A stretch of DNA of 64,000 bases from Lepidodermella squamata. Its lineage: Eukaryota; Animalia; Gastrotricha. Of this stretch, positions 11,730-22,034 are shown one piece after another; within the stretch, counting starts at the first letter, position 1, and every line of letters starts with the position of its first letter. Where the stretch lies: contig JBLDXI010000024.1 in NCBI GenBank assembly GCA_047495785.1, positions 5,394,001-5,458,000 of the forward strand, given 5' to 3'. Made by a program: the position numbers and the translations under genes. The notes beneath the pieces are model-generated. The model saw only the letters and a list, made by a program, of their open reading frames with translations. It ran no database searches and was not told where the DNA came from.

Positions 11730-12722
11730 TCAATTCACTTCTTTGATTGATAGAAGCTTGCGGTACTCGGTGCATTTCACGAGCGTGCGATCAACAAGGT
11801 AGTAGCCAAATTTAGTTTGAATGCATATGGGTGTCTCATTCGGCTGCCAGATTCCACCTATAACAAGAAAGATTACATTGCAGCCGCTCACCAATCTAAA
11901 ATTTAACTCACCAGCCATGCAAGTGATTTTTTGCACGCCGCTCATCGAATAGCAAAACGAGCAGTTGTAAGATATCGTACCACCAACTGCGAATGTATTG
12001 TTGCCGAAATCCAGCGTCTTGCTTTGAATGAAAGCATTATCAGGGACGGTTGTCGGGGCGTTGCAAGTCGTTCGCTGCGTCGGAGGTGGCGAATCGTTGC
12101 GCCTGCACTTAGGAATCGGACTCGACCATTCTCCCTTGGCAGATTTCCCAGGGCCTTTACCGCATCGAACGATGGCATTGCCGACTAAATCGTAGCCGAT
12201 GTCACAGCCGAACTGGATATAGTTGCCTATCAAGTATTCGTTGCCTGTTATCGATTGATCGACGACGTAAGCGTTGCGAGGAATTTCGGGAGTCTCGCAT
12301 CGTGTCTTGCGCCACCTGCAGTATCCGATTCCGTTTGAACTCCACAAACCGCTGTAATCGCACTGCGTCTTGTCCGCCCCAACCAAGTCGTACTCGTCAG
12401 GGCACGAGACTGTTACAATAGTTCCAGATGGGAAGAGCCGCACGGTGTCCAAGGGCTGATTCTGGCACTGCATGCCGGAGTTTTGGTTCGGGATTTCGTT
12501 GTTATCCGGCGTAGTCATTGGCTGGCCAGTTGACAGCGCGAAAACCTGACCTTGGTTAACAGTGGGATTCGCGTACGAGCCCGCACTGCCGCTGCCTATC
12601 ATCGAACTTCCACGGCTGGCACCGCCGAGTTGAGCCGAGATGGGATCTGCAGTTGCGATGAGTAAAATCAGTGATGTCGCCAACATGGGTTCGAAATGGC
12701 AGAATGAGTGTGCCGCGGTCAT
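11730..12722 (-). CDS. Secreted protein with 3 sushi domains (start may be ATG 12686; one in-frame intron about 11912-11859)
   Basis: Signal-like MLATSLILLIATADPISA; three CCP repeats; GTGAGT...TATAG intron inside the last CCP; C-terminus FGYYLVDRTLVKC resembles the 7-8.7 kb pair. Confidence 0.85.
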   Translation of the reverse strand: MTAAHSFCHFEPMLATSLILLIATADPISAQLGGASRGSSMIGSGSAGSYANPTVNQGQVFALSTGQPMTTPDNNEIPNQNSGMQCQNQPLDTVRLFPSGTIVTVSCPDEYDLVGADKTQCDYSGLWSSNGIGYCRWRKTRCETPEIPRNAYVVDQSITGNEYLIGNYIQFGCDIGYDLVGNAIVRCGKGPGKSAKGEWSSPIPKCRRNDSPPPTQRTTCNAPTTVPDNAFIQSKTLDFGNNTFAVGGTISYNCSFCYSMSGVQKITCMAGELNFRLVSGCNVIFLVIGGIWQPNETPICIQTKFGYYLVDRTLVKCTEYRKLLSIKEVN

Positions 12723-13889
12723 TTTTTCGGGCAATATTGCGCTTTGCGGTCAGAGTGGACACGGGCGACACAACACACCGAGTGCAACAGACAATTAGCG
12801 ACAAGGAGAAATGTTTTGCTTCGGCGAATTTAGAGAGTTTAATTGACGGCGGCGTATCGCAGTTGAAGATGCGCGCGTGTTTGCTCACACCTATAGCCCA
12901 TCTTAGGGCTCGGTGATCGCACTTGGCCACACGCAGACGCAGTGTCACTCGCATTTATTTGGCGGCACGTTTTACCCGCCTTCTGGCAAAAAATGCTGCG
13001 AACTTGTAGGTTAAATGCGCGTTTCGTTAAACAACGGTTTGCTATCTATTTACTCGACTCGCAAATAAGAAAAATTTATGTCTAACGAAAAGCTGCGGTT
13101 TCACAGTTTCGTATCTGCTTTTTAGCTTCACCGTTGAGTCATACAACGCGCAGTTCTGTCGTCGCGAAGCTCGCTACTGCAAAGCTAGTTGTACTCTCAA
13201 GTGGAATGGCGCCGCCAGTTTGGTGGGCCAAATAACCAAATTTCAGAAATTTTCTCATAATGATCAATAAGCCAATACATAAAAAACCAATAAATTTCTA
13301 AAACAACTCTGTGATTTTGAACGCTCGAATAACCGAAATGGGGCTTGAAAGCTTCCACGGCGAACCGCTAAATTCCGGGAAAAGATAGAAGTAAAATACA
13401 GATAATAATTTTGCACCCCAAAACGCTGTCATTTACCCAACTTCGAGGATTTCAGCTATTGTCTCCACATGTAGAACCTACTTCATGATAGCATCCCCAT
13501 AGCATCCCAATTTTCCAGTAAGATTTTTCAAGCTGAAGCCTGAAGTCGCAACAAAAACACCAAGTTGATTCGATGTCATTTATTGGAAAAACCCGATGCT
13601 GGGTTTGAAGTTACAAAAAAATCAGTCTTTGAGTCTGGCTAGACGACAAATACGAAAAACAAATGACAATCACAAATGATGATATTCGATAGCATAAAAA
13701 ACAAATGATAGAAGTATTCTGAAATTCGCATAGGCAGTTGCATTCCTGACAAATGTATGAGAATCATTGGAGCAAATTCACAGCGGAGTAGTCAAGTTTT
13801 GCTATTTTTGAAATAAAAACAAAATGTAGAAGTAAAAAATTCAGGCATAGTTGGTGCTATCAAGGACTAGACAAATAAACAAGACACAG

Positions 13890-14476
13890 TCAATTAGAAA
13901 ACAAATGAATATCGTTGTCAGTTTCTTCAACGGCACTCGAAGAGGAAGCGGGCAGTTGAACTTCCGTTTCCATGTCTTTCAGCCTGGCGGCGATTTTCCA
14001 CCGCGGGAACGTCAACCAGTTGCCGAAGTTCAGGAACGGCTGGTACCACGTGCCGTTGGATGTTTCATTCGCTGATCTCGTGGTCATTTGCTGATAAACA
14101 GGATTCGCCCGGCAGAATTCAGTGAAACATTCATCGGCGTCTTTTGACCGACCAATCAGATCGAGCAGTGTGCATTTGTGAGATATCGCTATCCAAGAAT
14201 CCGTGCATATCGATAGCGATTTGTCAACGTCTGAAAGCGCGGATTCGTTGTCACCAAGCCAACTTTTGCATAGACCGAGATGTAGCCACACTTTTGCGTC
14301 TTGCGGATTCAACTCACTGGCTTTTGAGTATAACAGAAGTGCTTCCTTATAGTTACCTAAAACAGGAAATTATGTCATGGATTATTGAAAATCGTATGCG
14401 TTCCGGCTTCAAGCTAACCATTATGAAATTTATCAGCTGCTTGGGACTTTATGCTATCTGCGTCATTTTCAGCCAT
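13890..14476 (-). CDS. Small TPR-repeat protein (2 exons)
   Basis: MAENDADSIKSQAADKFHN/GNYKEALLLYSKASELNPQDAKVWLHLGLCKSWLGDNESALSDVDKSLSI matches the TPR consensus. Confidence 0.7.
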
Positions 14477-15093
14477 TCCATTAATTTCTAAACAAATTAT
14501 TAAACTAAAATAATTAAAGCTGCATTTCTCAAGAGCATCATAAATTCACTGGACAGAAGCACAATGCATGGAATGACAAGTATGTACTGTATTACGCTGT
14601 ATCTTAAAAGGTAATATAGGTTAGTAGTAACTGGTAGAATCCTTAATCCCATGACTACTCTCCCAATAATTAACCGTGACACATAACAATGGTTTATATG
14701 AGAATGAGGCATACGCCATGAGCACGTACTGCATTTTTCAGATGTCAAATAAATAGGAGATTTGCGAAAATAACAATAGCAAGCCATTGAGAAAGCAATA
14801 AGCTGAAATTTAGGTTGGCATCATTTCTTGATGTTTATCAAGCGTCTATTATAACTCTTTATAATCTTTATAAGGCATAAGAAGAGGCGGCTTCTAATCT
14901 CCGAGAAACGGCGAAAAATGCACATTTGCCCTGACCCAACAGCTTTTCCAAATGAGCCTCCAGCTTCCAGTACTAAACAATAATACCTCTGCGCTCTTTG
15001 GAGTTTTGTTTTATGGAGAATGTAATGAAATTTAGGCACTCCAGAGTACTCCAGACTCCAGATAATTCGCTTGAAAGCCTTGATATCAGTTAT

Positions 15094-15375
15094 CAGTGAC
15101 GGCGCCAAGGGGGGGGGGCAAGTGGGGCGGCGCCCCCTGGCGAAGAGTCTTGCCCCCTAAACAAATTGGCCAGTGAACCCGATTTAAGGCATTTCCAGGC
15201 TATTTCTGACAAAAAATACTCAGAAATAGCGTTAGCTAAAGCTCGCTTCGCTCGCATGGAGGTTGTTGTATGATATTTCTGCAACAGCAGCTTTTTTAAA
15301 TATCCCAAACCATATGTCCATTAGTAGTGCGCCCCTGCTTGCCCTCCTGGCTCTACTACCCTGGCGCCGTCCCTG
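15094..15375. mobile_element. Non-autonomous hAT-like MITE (282 bp)
   Basis: Imperfect TIRs CAGTGACGGCGCCAAGG ... CCCTGGCGCCGTCCCTG flanked by a perfect 8-bp duplication TCAGTTAT (15086-15093 and 15376-15383). Confidence 0.85.
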
Positions 15376-16387
15376 TCAGTTATCCATTGCGCATTGCGGT
15401 TTGTCTCCGCAAGAGGTGGCTGCTACGGACGCCGCTGACCCTTGTGAACTCATTATTGTCATTTGCGATTTCAATAATTATTGACAAAAAAATAACAAAA
15501 ATATCAGAAAATGCCTTTGTGGTAAAAGTATATTGCCAGCCAACAGATTATACTGAATTTTCCGGAAATGTAATAAAATGTATACCACGCCAGCTTGGCA
15601 TCGATCCAATCCTTTTTTTCGCAGTCCAGTCCAGCGCGACCGATGCGTACACCTGGTATGGTCTATGGGCTGACGGCTGACGAGTGCACGCACGCATGGC
15701 CACACCTCACTGGGCATGATTTTTTAGTGCTTTTATTTTTTTGGCGGCGGCGGTGGAGCGCATTGCTTTTTCTAGCGTTAATTTTGTTGCTGCGCTCGGA
15801 ATACTCCAAGAGCCTCATAATATTTTGCTCATCCGCCTGCGGTCTGTGAAAAAGTTTCTATACACTATTGGTGTGGCCTATAGTTAATATTCTTAAGGCG
15901 GTTTGTGGAGCATTGAGCCTAACCTATGATTAAGCGTCCGGAGATCATGGTTGCGCATCTGAGGACGTCATTTACTATTTTCATAGCTGTATAGTATTCA
16001 AATGTGCCTATTGCCTATGGCTTATAGCCTATAGATTCGCAATATTCACAATATTTGCAATATAACAATGTTTAAGCCTCATAAAATAGAGATCAACGAT
16101 TACTCTACTTAGACGTCGGTCACACTGAAATGTCCACCGTTCTACCTTGCCGCTTGCAGTACTGGGTTTGGGATTTCGAATCTAGTAACACTGCGTAAAC
16201 TATTTGTCTGAGACAACGTTTTAATGGGTCACATCCAGTATCTAAGATCTGGGATCTCAGGTACTTATCCTGAACCCAAGTTGCACTGAAATGGTTTTAG
16301 ATTCTTGAGTTATTATTTTGTTGGCATTTTTCATCCACCTATACATCTTTATCTAGGCTAGCTGTTAGATAATTTATTTTCACCATT

Positions 16388-17674
16388 ATGCACACTGCAG
16401 CTGAGTTGACAAATCGCGCTACTTCTGCTTTCAAAAAGCAGTTTGGAGCAGAGCCAGCAAGTGCCGCTTTCGCTCCAGGCCGCGTTAACGTTATCGGCGA
16501 GCATACAGATTACAACAATGGCTTTGTAATGCCAATTGCTCTGGAACTCGGCACCGTCGCAGCTGGTCGAATTGAAAAGACACCTTTAAGCGCTGACTCG
16601 ACAGCTGACGAATTGACGATCCACTTAGCAACTGCCACGGAAACTGCTGCTCATGGCAATGAATCTCTTTCGCTGAAACTTGAATACAAGCACCAAGCCC
16701 TGAGCCCGGGCCAGTGGTCGCCGCCACTTCAACCGGTCAGCTCACCAAAGTGGGCGAATTACATCCTGGGATCGATCGCCTGCTACTCGGAAGACCTGAT
16801 GCAGTTGTGTGATTCGAAGAACACGCGCATTTCCATCGAAATTCTAGTCGATAGCTCGGTGCCACTCGGCGCCGGCCTCTCAAGCTCGGCAGCTGTTGAA
16901 GTCGCGACTTACTACTTGATGCACGCGCTGCTCGAGAAACCAGGCGTTAATCCGCCGGTCGAAAAAGCCGCACTCGCCTGCCAGCAGGTTGAGCACAAAT
17001 TCGCCGGAGTGCCATGCGGCATCATGGACCAAATGGTGTCGTCGGGCGGTCGGCAAAACGCTGCTATGCTGATCGACTGCCGCGATCTGACTTTCAAGCA
17101 CGTTCCCCTACCGTCTTCGAGCGATGCGGTGTTCGTCATAGCCGACACTGGAGTTCGGCACAGCCTAGCGACGTCTGAATACGCAGTCAGGCGTAAGCAG
17201 TGCGAGGAGGCGTCGAAGCGACTGAACGTGTCATCGCTGCGAGAAGTCGCGACTTGGGATGACAAACTGGACACCTCGAGTGTGGAAATGAGGCGAGCTC
17301 GGCACGTGATCACCGAAGACGAGCGTTGCTCGAAAGCGGCCGAGCTGATGGCCAACCCCGGCGTCGAGTCGCTGAAGCAACTCGGCAAGCTGATGACGGC
17401 GTCGCACGTGTCGTTGCGCGACGACTACGAAGTGTCGTGCAAGGAGCTGGATCACCTGGTGGAGACGGCGCTGCAAATCGACGGCGTCTACGGCAGCCGC
17501 ATGACCGGCGGCGGGTTCGGCGGGTCGACGGTGACGCTGGCGAGTCCGAGCTGCGTCGACCGCCTCGTCGCCGAGTTGGCGAAGCAGGGCGCTGTTCGCA
17601 CGCTGGTGGTGTCGGCGGCTGACGGCGCTCGAGTTCTGTTCAGCAAGCATAGTTCTGCTAGCCAGACTGCGTGA
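16388..17674 (+). CDS. GALK1: Galactokinase (GHMP kinase), single exon
   Basis: APGRVNVIGEHTDYNNGFVMPIA (galactokinase signature), VPLGAGLSSSAA (ATP loop), CGIMDQ, GSRMTGGGFGG. Confidence 0.95.
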   Translation: MHTAAELTNRATSAFKKQFGAEPASAAFAPGRVNVIGEHTDYNNGFVMPIALELGTVAAGRIEKTPLSADSTADELTIHLATATETAAHGNESLSLKLEYKHQALSPGQWSPPLQPVSSPKWANYILGSIACYSEDLMQLCDSKNTRISIEILVDSSVPLGAGLSSSAAVEVATYYLMHALLEKPGVNPPVEKAALACQQVEHKFAGVPCGIMDQMVSSGGRQNAAMLIDCRDLTFKHVPLPSSSDAVFVIADTGVRHSLATSEYAVRRKQCEEASKRLNVSSLREVATWDDKLDTSSVEMRRARHVITEDERCSKAAELMANPGVESLKQLGKLMTASHVSLRDDYEVSCKELDHLVETALQIDGVYGSRMTGGGFGGSTVTLASPSCVDRLVAELAKQGAVRTLVVSAADGARVLFSKHSSASQTA

Positions 17675-18617
17675 TTTCACGCGGGGCACGGGTGGGAATC
17701 TCTGCTTCCTCTTGGTTACTTTTCCCTTTTACTAGCAATCTCAGTTGTGCCAATTTCTGAGATGATGCACAATCATTATAGCGAAACTGTATTTGCCTCT
17801 TCTTTATAATTAAAGTGAGAAGATCTGCGTGTGATGTCAGCCGGTTGAAACCATATTATTGTGTACTTATCTATTTTTCTAACAGTTTGCGGCGCGGCTG
17901 GTTTGTAGCTTCCTTTCAACGTGCATAATCATGATTATTTGATGACATGCAAATGAGATTCACTTACTCCTGGTTATTTTCTGGTTAACTTATTTTCAGT
18001 AGATGAAGCTTACTTAGTGATGTATTTATTTTCGTGAACTCCAACTAACAACTCGGTTAATTTCAGCATTCCTCCATTTATTGAGATGTATGTTGTAACT
18101 GCAAATACGTGCAATAAAGTTTTCTCAGCAATTATTGAGTGCGTTTTCATCACTATTTCGTGCAATACATACTAAGGTGTTTTGAACATGTCCTGAACAA
18201 CGCTGCGGAGGCTGTTCGTCCTGGAATTACGTTACTCAATGTGTTACAGTTGCTACTTCAATTTCGGCTTCGAAACAAAACTGCAGAATTTACGGAGCTT
18301 GCCTAGACTTTCATATCGCAGAAAAATTCGAGAGCTTAACTGAAAAATGATATGCCGACAACTTGGCATTGTTTACACAGCTGCACTATCTATGAAAAAC
18401 CGCCGAAATGTCCTGCGAGCGAAGTGTGACCGGCGCACTGATGTAAATGATGCCCAGCAAGAAAACCGAAGCTGCGAGTACCTACCTCAGTTATAAACTT
18501 CATACAGCAGTTCGAAACCGTCTGCGCTTAGTAAGCAGGACATTTTCGCATATAAAACCGCAGCTTCGCCAGCTGCCACCTAGTTTTTGAACAGCGTGGA
18601 AGGACTAAAAATGTTTG

Positions 18618-18689
18618 TTCCCTGACCGGGAATCGAACCCGGGCCGCCGCGGTGAAAGCGCGGAATCCTAACCACTAGACCATCAGGGA
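18618..18689 (-). tRNA. tRNA-Glu(TTC)
   Basis: TCCCTGATGGTCTAGTGG...CTTTCAC...GGTTCGATTCCCGGTCAGGGAA cloverleaf. Confidence 0.95.
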
Positions 18690-18780
18690 GGTGCAAAATC
18701 CCTGTTGTATGCGTAAACTGTGAAGAACTCAAATTATCAACGTCATCGCCCCTTCAGCAACTCTGTGCAAAAAATAGAAT

Positions 18781-18852
18781 GGGCCCGTTCGGGAATTGAA
18801 CCCGAGACCTCTCGCACCCGAAGCGAGAATCATACCCCTAGACCAACGGGCC
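18781..18852 (-). tRNA. tRNA-Pro(CGG)
   Basis: GGCCCGTTGGTCTAGGGG...TTCGGGT...GGTTCAATTCCCGAACGGGCCC. Confidence 0.95.
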
Positions 18853-18931
18853 AGCCTGACTTTGCCAACTGGCAACTGGCAACCAAAGACTTTATTAGAA
18901 CGTCTCCAGCGTTTATGCAAAACATGCGATA

Positions 18932-19004
18932 CGCCGAGACCCGGGATCGAACCAGGGACCTTTAGATCTTCAGTCTAACGCTCTCCCAACTGAGCTATCT
19001 CGGC
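18932..19004 (-). tRNA. tRNA-Phe(GAA)
   Basis: GCCGAGATAGCTCAGTTGGGAGAGCGTTAGACTGAAGATCTAA...CTCGGCG. Confidence 0.95.
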
Positions 19005-19101
19005 TGTTATTTACAGCAGTGCTAAGGTCGAAGCGTAACTTGTAGCTTAGCTAGGGAGCTCAATGCAGGCTGCTATGACTTTGGCAGCAAATAAAAAATT
19101 G

Positions 19102-19169
19102 CGCTCCTGGGTGGGCTCGAACCACCAACCTTAACAGCCGAACGCGCTAACCAATTGCGCCACAGAAGC
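19102..19169 (-). pseudogene. tRNA-Asn(GTT) pseudogene (6-nt deletion removing the 3' strand of the anticodon stem)
   Basis: Identical to the intact copy at 60736-60809 except that it lacks 6 nt (AACCTTAACAG vs AACCTTTCGGTTAACAG on the + strand). Confidence 0.88.
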
Positions 19170-19352
19170 TGGCTAATCGCAGACTCGGCATCACCACTAA
19201 GCAATATGTAGCTTTTAACGCGAGCGTTGCCATGATCACGTTGTTGTCGTTACAGTTTGGCTGTAGCCGAGGTTAGATCGGCCTTCGCATAGAATATAAA
19301 CAGAGCTGAACTGTCCTTCATCAATGATCCTCAGCCGCTTTAGCTCTGCCAA

Positions 19353-19438
19353 CCCGCGATAGCTCAGCTGGTAGAGCGGAGGACTGTAGATGCAACGCAG
19401 CTATCCTTAGGTCGGTGGTTCAAGTCCGCCTCGCGGGA
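19353..19438 (+). tRNA. tRNA-Tyr(GTA) with 13-nt intron
   Basis: CCCGCGATAGCTCAGCTGGTAGAGCGGAGGACTGTAG[ATGCAACGCAGCT]ATCCTTAGGTC...CGCGGGA. Confidence 0.95.
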
Positions 19439-19515
19439 TTGCATGGTTTTTCACTTTCGTTGGGTAGCAGCTTTTCATTCGTTCGTCAGTAAAAATGCGC
19501 TGATAGATGTGCAAA

Positions 19516-19587
19516 GGCCCGTTGGTCTTGGGGTATGATTCTCGCTTTGGGTGCGAGAGGTCTCGGGTTCAAATCCCGGACGGGCCC
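19516..19587 (+). tRNA. tRNA-Pro(TGG) (A14->T variant)
   Basis: GGCCCGTTGGTCTTGGGG...TTTGGGT...CGGGCCC. Confidence 0.85.
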
Positions 19588-19671
19588 AAGCTTTTTGAGC
19601 TAATAGCTGAAGCGGCAGCATTACAAAAGGTGTTTGCCATAACCTTGAGCGCATGTAATGTTATCACAGCG

Positions 19672-19742
19672 GCATCGGTGGTTCAGTGGTAGAATTCTCG
19701 CCTGCCACGCGGGAGGCCCGGGTTCGATTCCCGGCCGATGCA
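19672..19742 (+). tRNA. tRNA-Gly(GCC)
   Basis: GCATCGGTGGTTCAGTGGTAGAATTCTCGCCTGCCACGCGGG...CCGATGCA. Confidence 0.95.
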
Positions 19743-19838
19743 AGCGACCCTGTTTTTTCATATCAGCTTCGATGTGCATCAGGCAAATTATGAGCGCAGC
19801 AAAATCAAAAGCACTGACAATTCAAGACGCTTCAGTCA

Positions 19839-19910
19839 TCCTTGGTAGTATAGTGGTTAGTATCCCCGCCTGTCACGCGGGAGACCAGGGTTCGATTCCC
19901 TGCCAAGGAG
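19839..19910 (+). tRNA. tRNA-Asp(GTC)
   Basis: TCCTTGGTAGTATAGTGG...CCTGTCACGC...CCAAGGAG. Confidence 0.95.
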
Positions 19911-19980
19911 TCAGCTTTTTTAGTTGCGGCGCATAGGTTTCGAGCCAATTTTTTGAGAAAATTGCTAAAAAGTTGATTGC

Positions 19981-20053
19981 CGCCCGATGTGGGGCTCGAA
20001 CCCACGACCCTGGGATTAAGAGTCCCATGCTCTACCGACTGAGCTAACCGGGC
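19981..20053 (-). tRNA. tRNA-Lys(CTT)
   Basis: GCCCGGTTAGCTCAGTCGGTAGAGCATGGGACTCTTAATCCCA...TCGGGCG. Confidence 0.95.
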
Positions 20054-20132
20054 TGAGGCGCTATCAATTGCCTAAGCCGACAATTATGAAGCAGTTGACT
20101 TCTGGCGAATGTTGACTGCCATCAAAAATACT

Positions 20133-20205
20133 CGAGGCTGCCAGGAGTCGAACCTGGAATCTTCTGATCCGTAGTCAGACGCGTTGTCCATTGCGCCACA
20201 ACCCC
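20133..20205 (-). tRNA. tRNA-Arg(ACG)
   Basis: GGGGTTGTGGCGCAATGG...TCTGACTACGGATCAGA...CAGCCTCG. Confidence 0.95.
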
Positions 20206-20272
20206 ATTCGGTCGAAAGAAGGCTTGCAAGCGCTAATTAGCAGGCAGGAATGGGACTGAAGTGAAAAATGCA

Positions 20273-20356
20273 TGTCAGAAGTGGGATTCGAACCCACGCC
20301 AGTAGAAACTGACTGCGACCTGAACGCAGCGCCTTGGACCGCTCGGCCATCCTGAC
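20273..20356 (-). tRNA. tRNA-Leu(CAG)
   Basis: GTCAGGATGGCCGAGCGGTCCAAGGCGCTGCGTTCAGGTCGCAG, long variable arm, ...TTCTGACA. Confidence 0.95.
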
Positions 20357-20522
20357 GGGATGGTGGAATAGATTGATATCCCGCAGACGGCATTTTGCAA
20401 AGCTAAGATATCGCAGAGCAAGTACAGCAAACAGCAAAGTCGTATAACTGTTGCCAATATAAAACTAGCCAGCTACGCCGATCGGGGTGTATTGTTATTG
20501 AAACTGCTGAATGAGCACTCAA

Positions 20523-20604
20523 GTCGCTATGCCCGAGTGGTTAAGGGGTCTGACTAGAAATCAGATGCGGTCTCCGCGCGTAGGTTCAAATCCTACTGGC
20601 GACG
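20523..20604 (+). tRNA. tRNA-Ser(AGA)
   Basis: GTCGCTATGCCCGAGTGGTTAAGGGGTCTGACTAGAAATCAGA, long variable arm, ...TGGCGACG. Confidence 0.93.
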
Positions 20605-20679
20605 ACAGTTATTTTTGCATTATAACGACTGAAACTCAGTTCTGCAGTTAGCCTCCAGAACAGTCCTCGCTTTCATCAG

Positions 20680-20751
20680 GCGTCAGTGGTGTAACGGTCA
20701 GCATGGTTGCCTTCCAAGCAGCCGATCCGGGTTCGACTCCCGGCTGACGCA
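20680..20751 (+). tRNA. tRNA-Gly(TCC)
   Basis: GCGTCAGTGGTGTAACGG...CCTTCCAAG...CTGACGCA. Confidence 0.95.
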
Positions 20752-20840
20752 CACGTTTTTAGCTCACACGTTTGAAAGCAGCAAACGCATTGCTAGTGAC
20801 GAGATTATAAAGCTGTCCTTCCCAAAACCAGCGTTCGAGA

Positions 20841-20912
20841 GGTCCCATGGTGTAGCGGTTAGCACTCTGGACTCTGAATCCAGCGACTCGAGTTCGATTC
20901 TCGATGGGACCT
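20841..20912 (+). tRNA. tRNA-Gln(CTG)
   Basis: GGTCCCATGGTGTAGCGG...CTGGACTCTGAATCCAG...TGGGACCT. Confidence 0.95.
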
Positions 20913-21010
20913 TGATAAGTTTTTTCAAACAAAATTAGCTGGAACTCAACTGCTGGAAACTTGCGATCATAATATTTGTTACCATTCAAACCTTTTCTTT
21001 CACTAGCCTA

Positions 21011-21082
21011 GGGGGCATAGCTCAGTGGTAGAGCGTCTCATTCGCATTGTGAAGGTCTCGGGTTCAATCCCCGATGCCTCCA
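21011..21082 (+). tRNA. tRNA-Ala(CGC) (one anticodon-stem mismatch)
   Basis: GGGGGCA/TGCCTCC acceptor stem with G3:U70; anticodon loop TTCGCAT. Confidence 0.85.
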
Positions 21083-21130
21083 GTTGGCACTTTTTTCGCG
21101 TGAACGTGTTTGAGAAGTAGCAGCCATAAT

Positions 21131-21196
21131 ACTGATGGGGTTCGAACCCATGCCAACTTTCGAGGACCAGACCTTAGACCGATCGGCCATCCTGAC
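21131..21196 (-). pseudogene. Degenerate tRNA-Leu remnant (anticodon arm deleted)
   Basis: GTCAGGATGGCCGATCGGTCTAAGG 5' half and GGGTTCGAACCCC B-box are present, but the anticodon arm is missing and the 3' acceptor strand is lost. Confidence 0.75.
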
Positions 21197-21651
21197 TTTC
21201 AGTGGGTAATAATATATTGTATGCTTTAGTCGGTTTAATTATATGTTATAATTATAGTGGAATCTTATCGTACTGTCTTAGTTAAAAACCGTGACATTTA
21301 TAATTTCCTTTCGAATGCTCGAAGTTTAGGGGTTCACGGAGAAACTTTCAAAAGGAGGGTCCCAAAAGTGGAATATCCCTACCCTGACATATTTCAGGCT
21401 GACATTGGTTTCGGGTTTCGGGAAGTACGGTAATTTTTTTGACTTTGAGGCGGAGGTCTCTACTAGCTGCAGCTCCCAGGAAAGCAAGAAAGAGTTTAGG
21501 CCAAGTGAATATGGCAGTTGAGTATGGTTTATTATCGCTTAGATATTTATTCTAAGATATAAGTATCCGGCAAATCAGCAAATTGACAGCAAGCCATTGG
21601 CTGCTTTATCGCGTGATTTCTCAAAAGCAGTGGTTAACATTGTTCATCAGT

Positions 21652-22034
21652 TTAGTGGCGTTCCATCGGCGAAACGCCAGCGTCCAATTCATTGGCAATT
21701 TGCAGCATAGAGCAGCAAGGGCAGCACCAAACGGCGCAAAAATCACCCATGGCCGAACCGTCGATGTGCTTCTCACTGCGCACCTTTGTTCTCAGCATAT
21801 TGTGCGTGATGCACTGTACGATCGGGCAGAAAACCGACAGGCCACACAGCACGCAGGAGCCGCCCATTTTAGCCCATGAGCTTGAAAATTAGTCGCGATC
21901 ATGCTCTGATTTCAACTCTTTTGTATAAAGAAAAAAACTTACTTGCCATAGGCAATGCAAGGGAAGCAGGACACGCACAGACAGTTCAGTGGGTGAGCGC
22001 AGCAATTGAAGAGACCATGAGACCAGCCGCCCAT
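21652..22034 (-). CDS. PLAC8/cornifelin-family Cys-rich protein (2 coding exons)
   Basis: MGGWSHGLFNCCAHPLNCLCVSCFPCIAYG/NSWAKMG...LRTKVRSEKHIDGSAMGDFCAVWCCPCCSMLQIANEL matches the PLAC8 motif. Confidence 0.88.

Noticed and set aside
18500-18535. B-box-like GTTCGAAACC upstream of tRNA cluster 1
   Set aside because: No A-box or cloverleaf could be built.
18720-20989. Short ORFs across the tRNA clusters (also 59816-62479)
   Set aside because: They are translations of tRNA genes and spacers.
18618-21196. Regularly spaced short units resembling a CRISPR array
   Set aside because: The units are different tRNA genes, not identical repeats; the context is eukaryotic and there are no cas genes.
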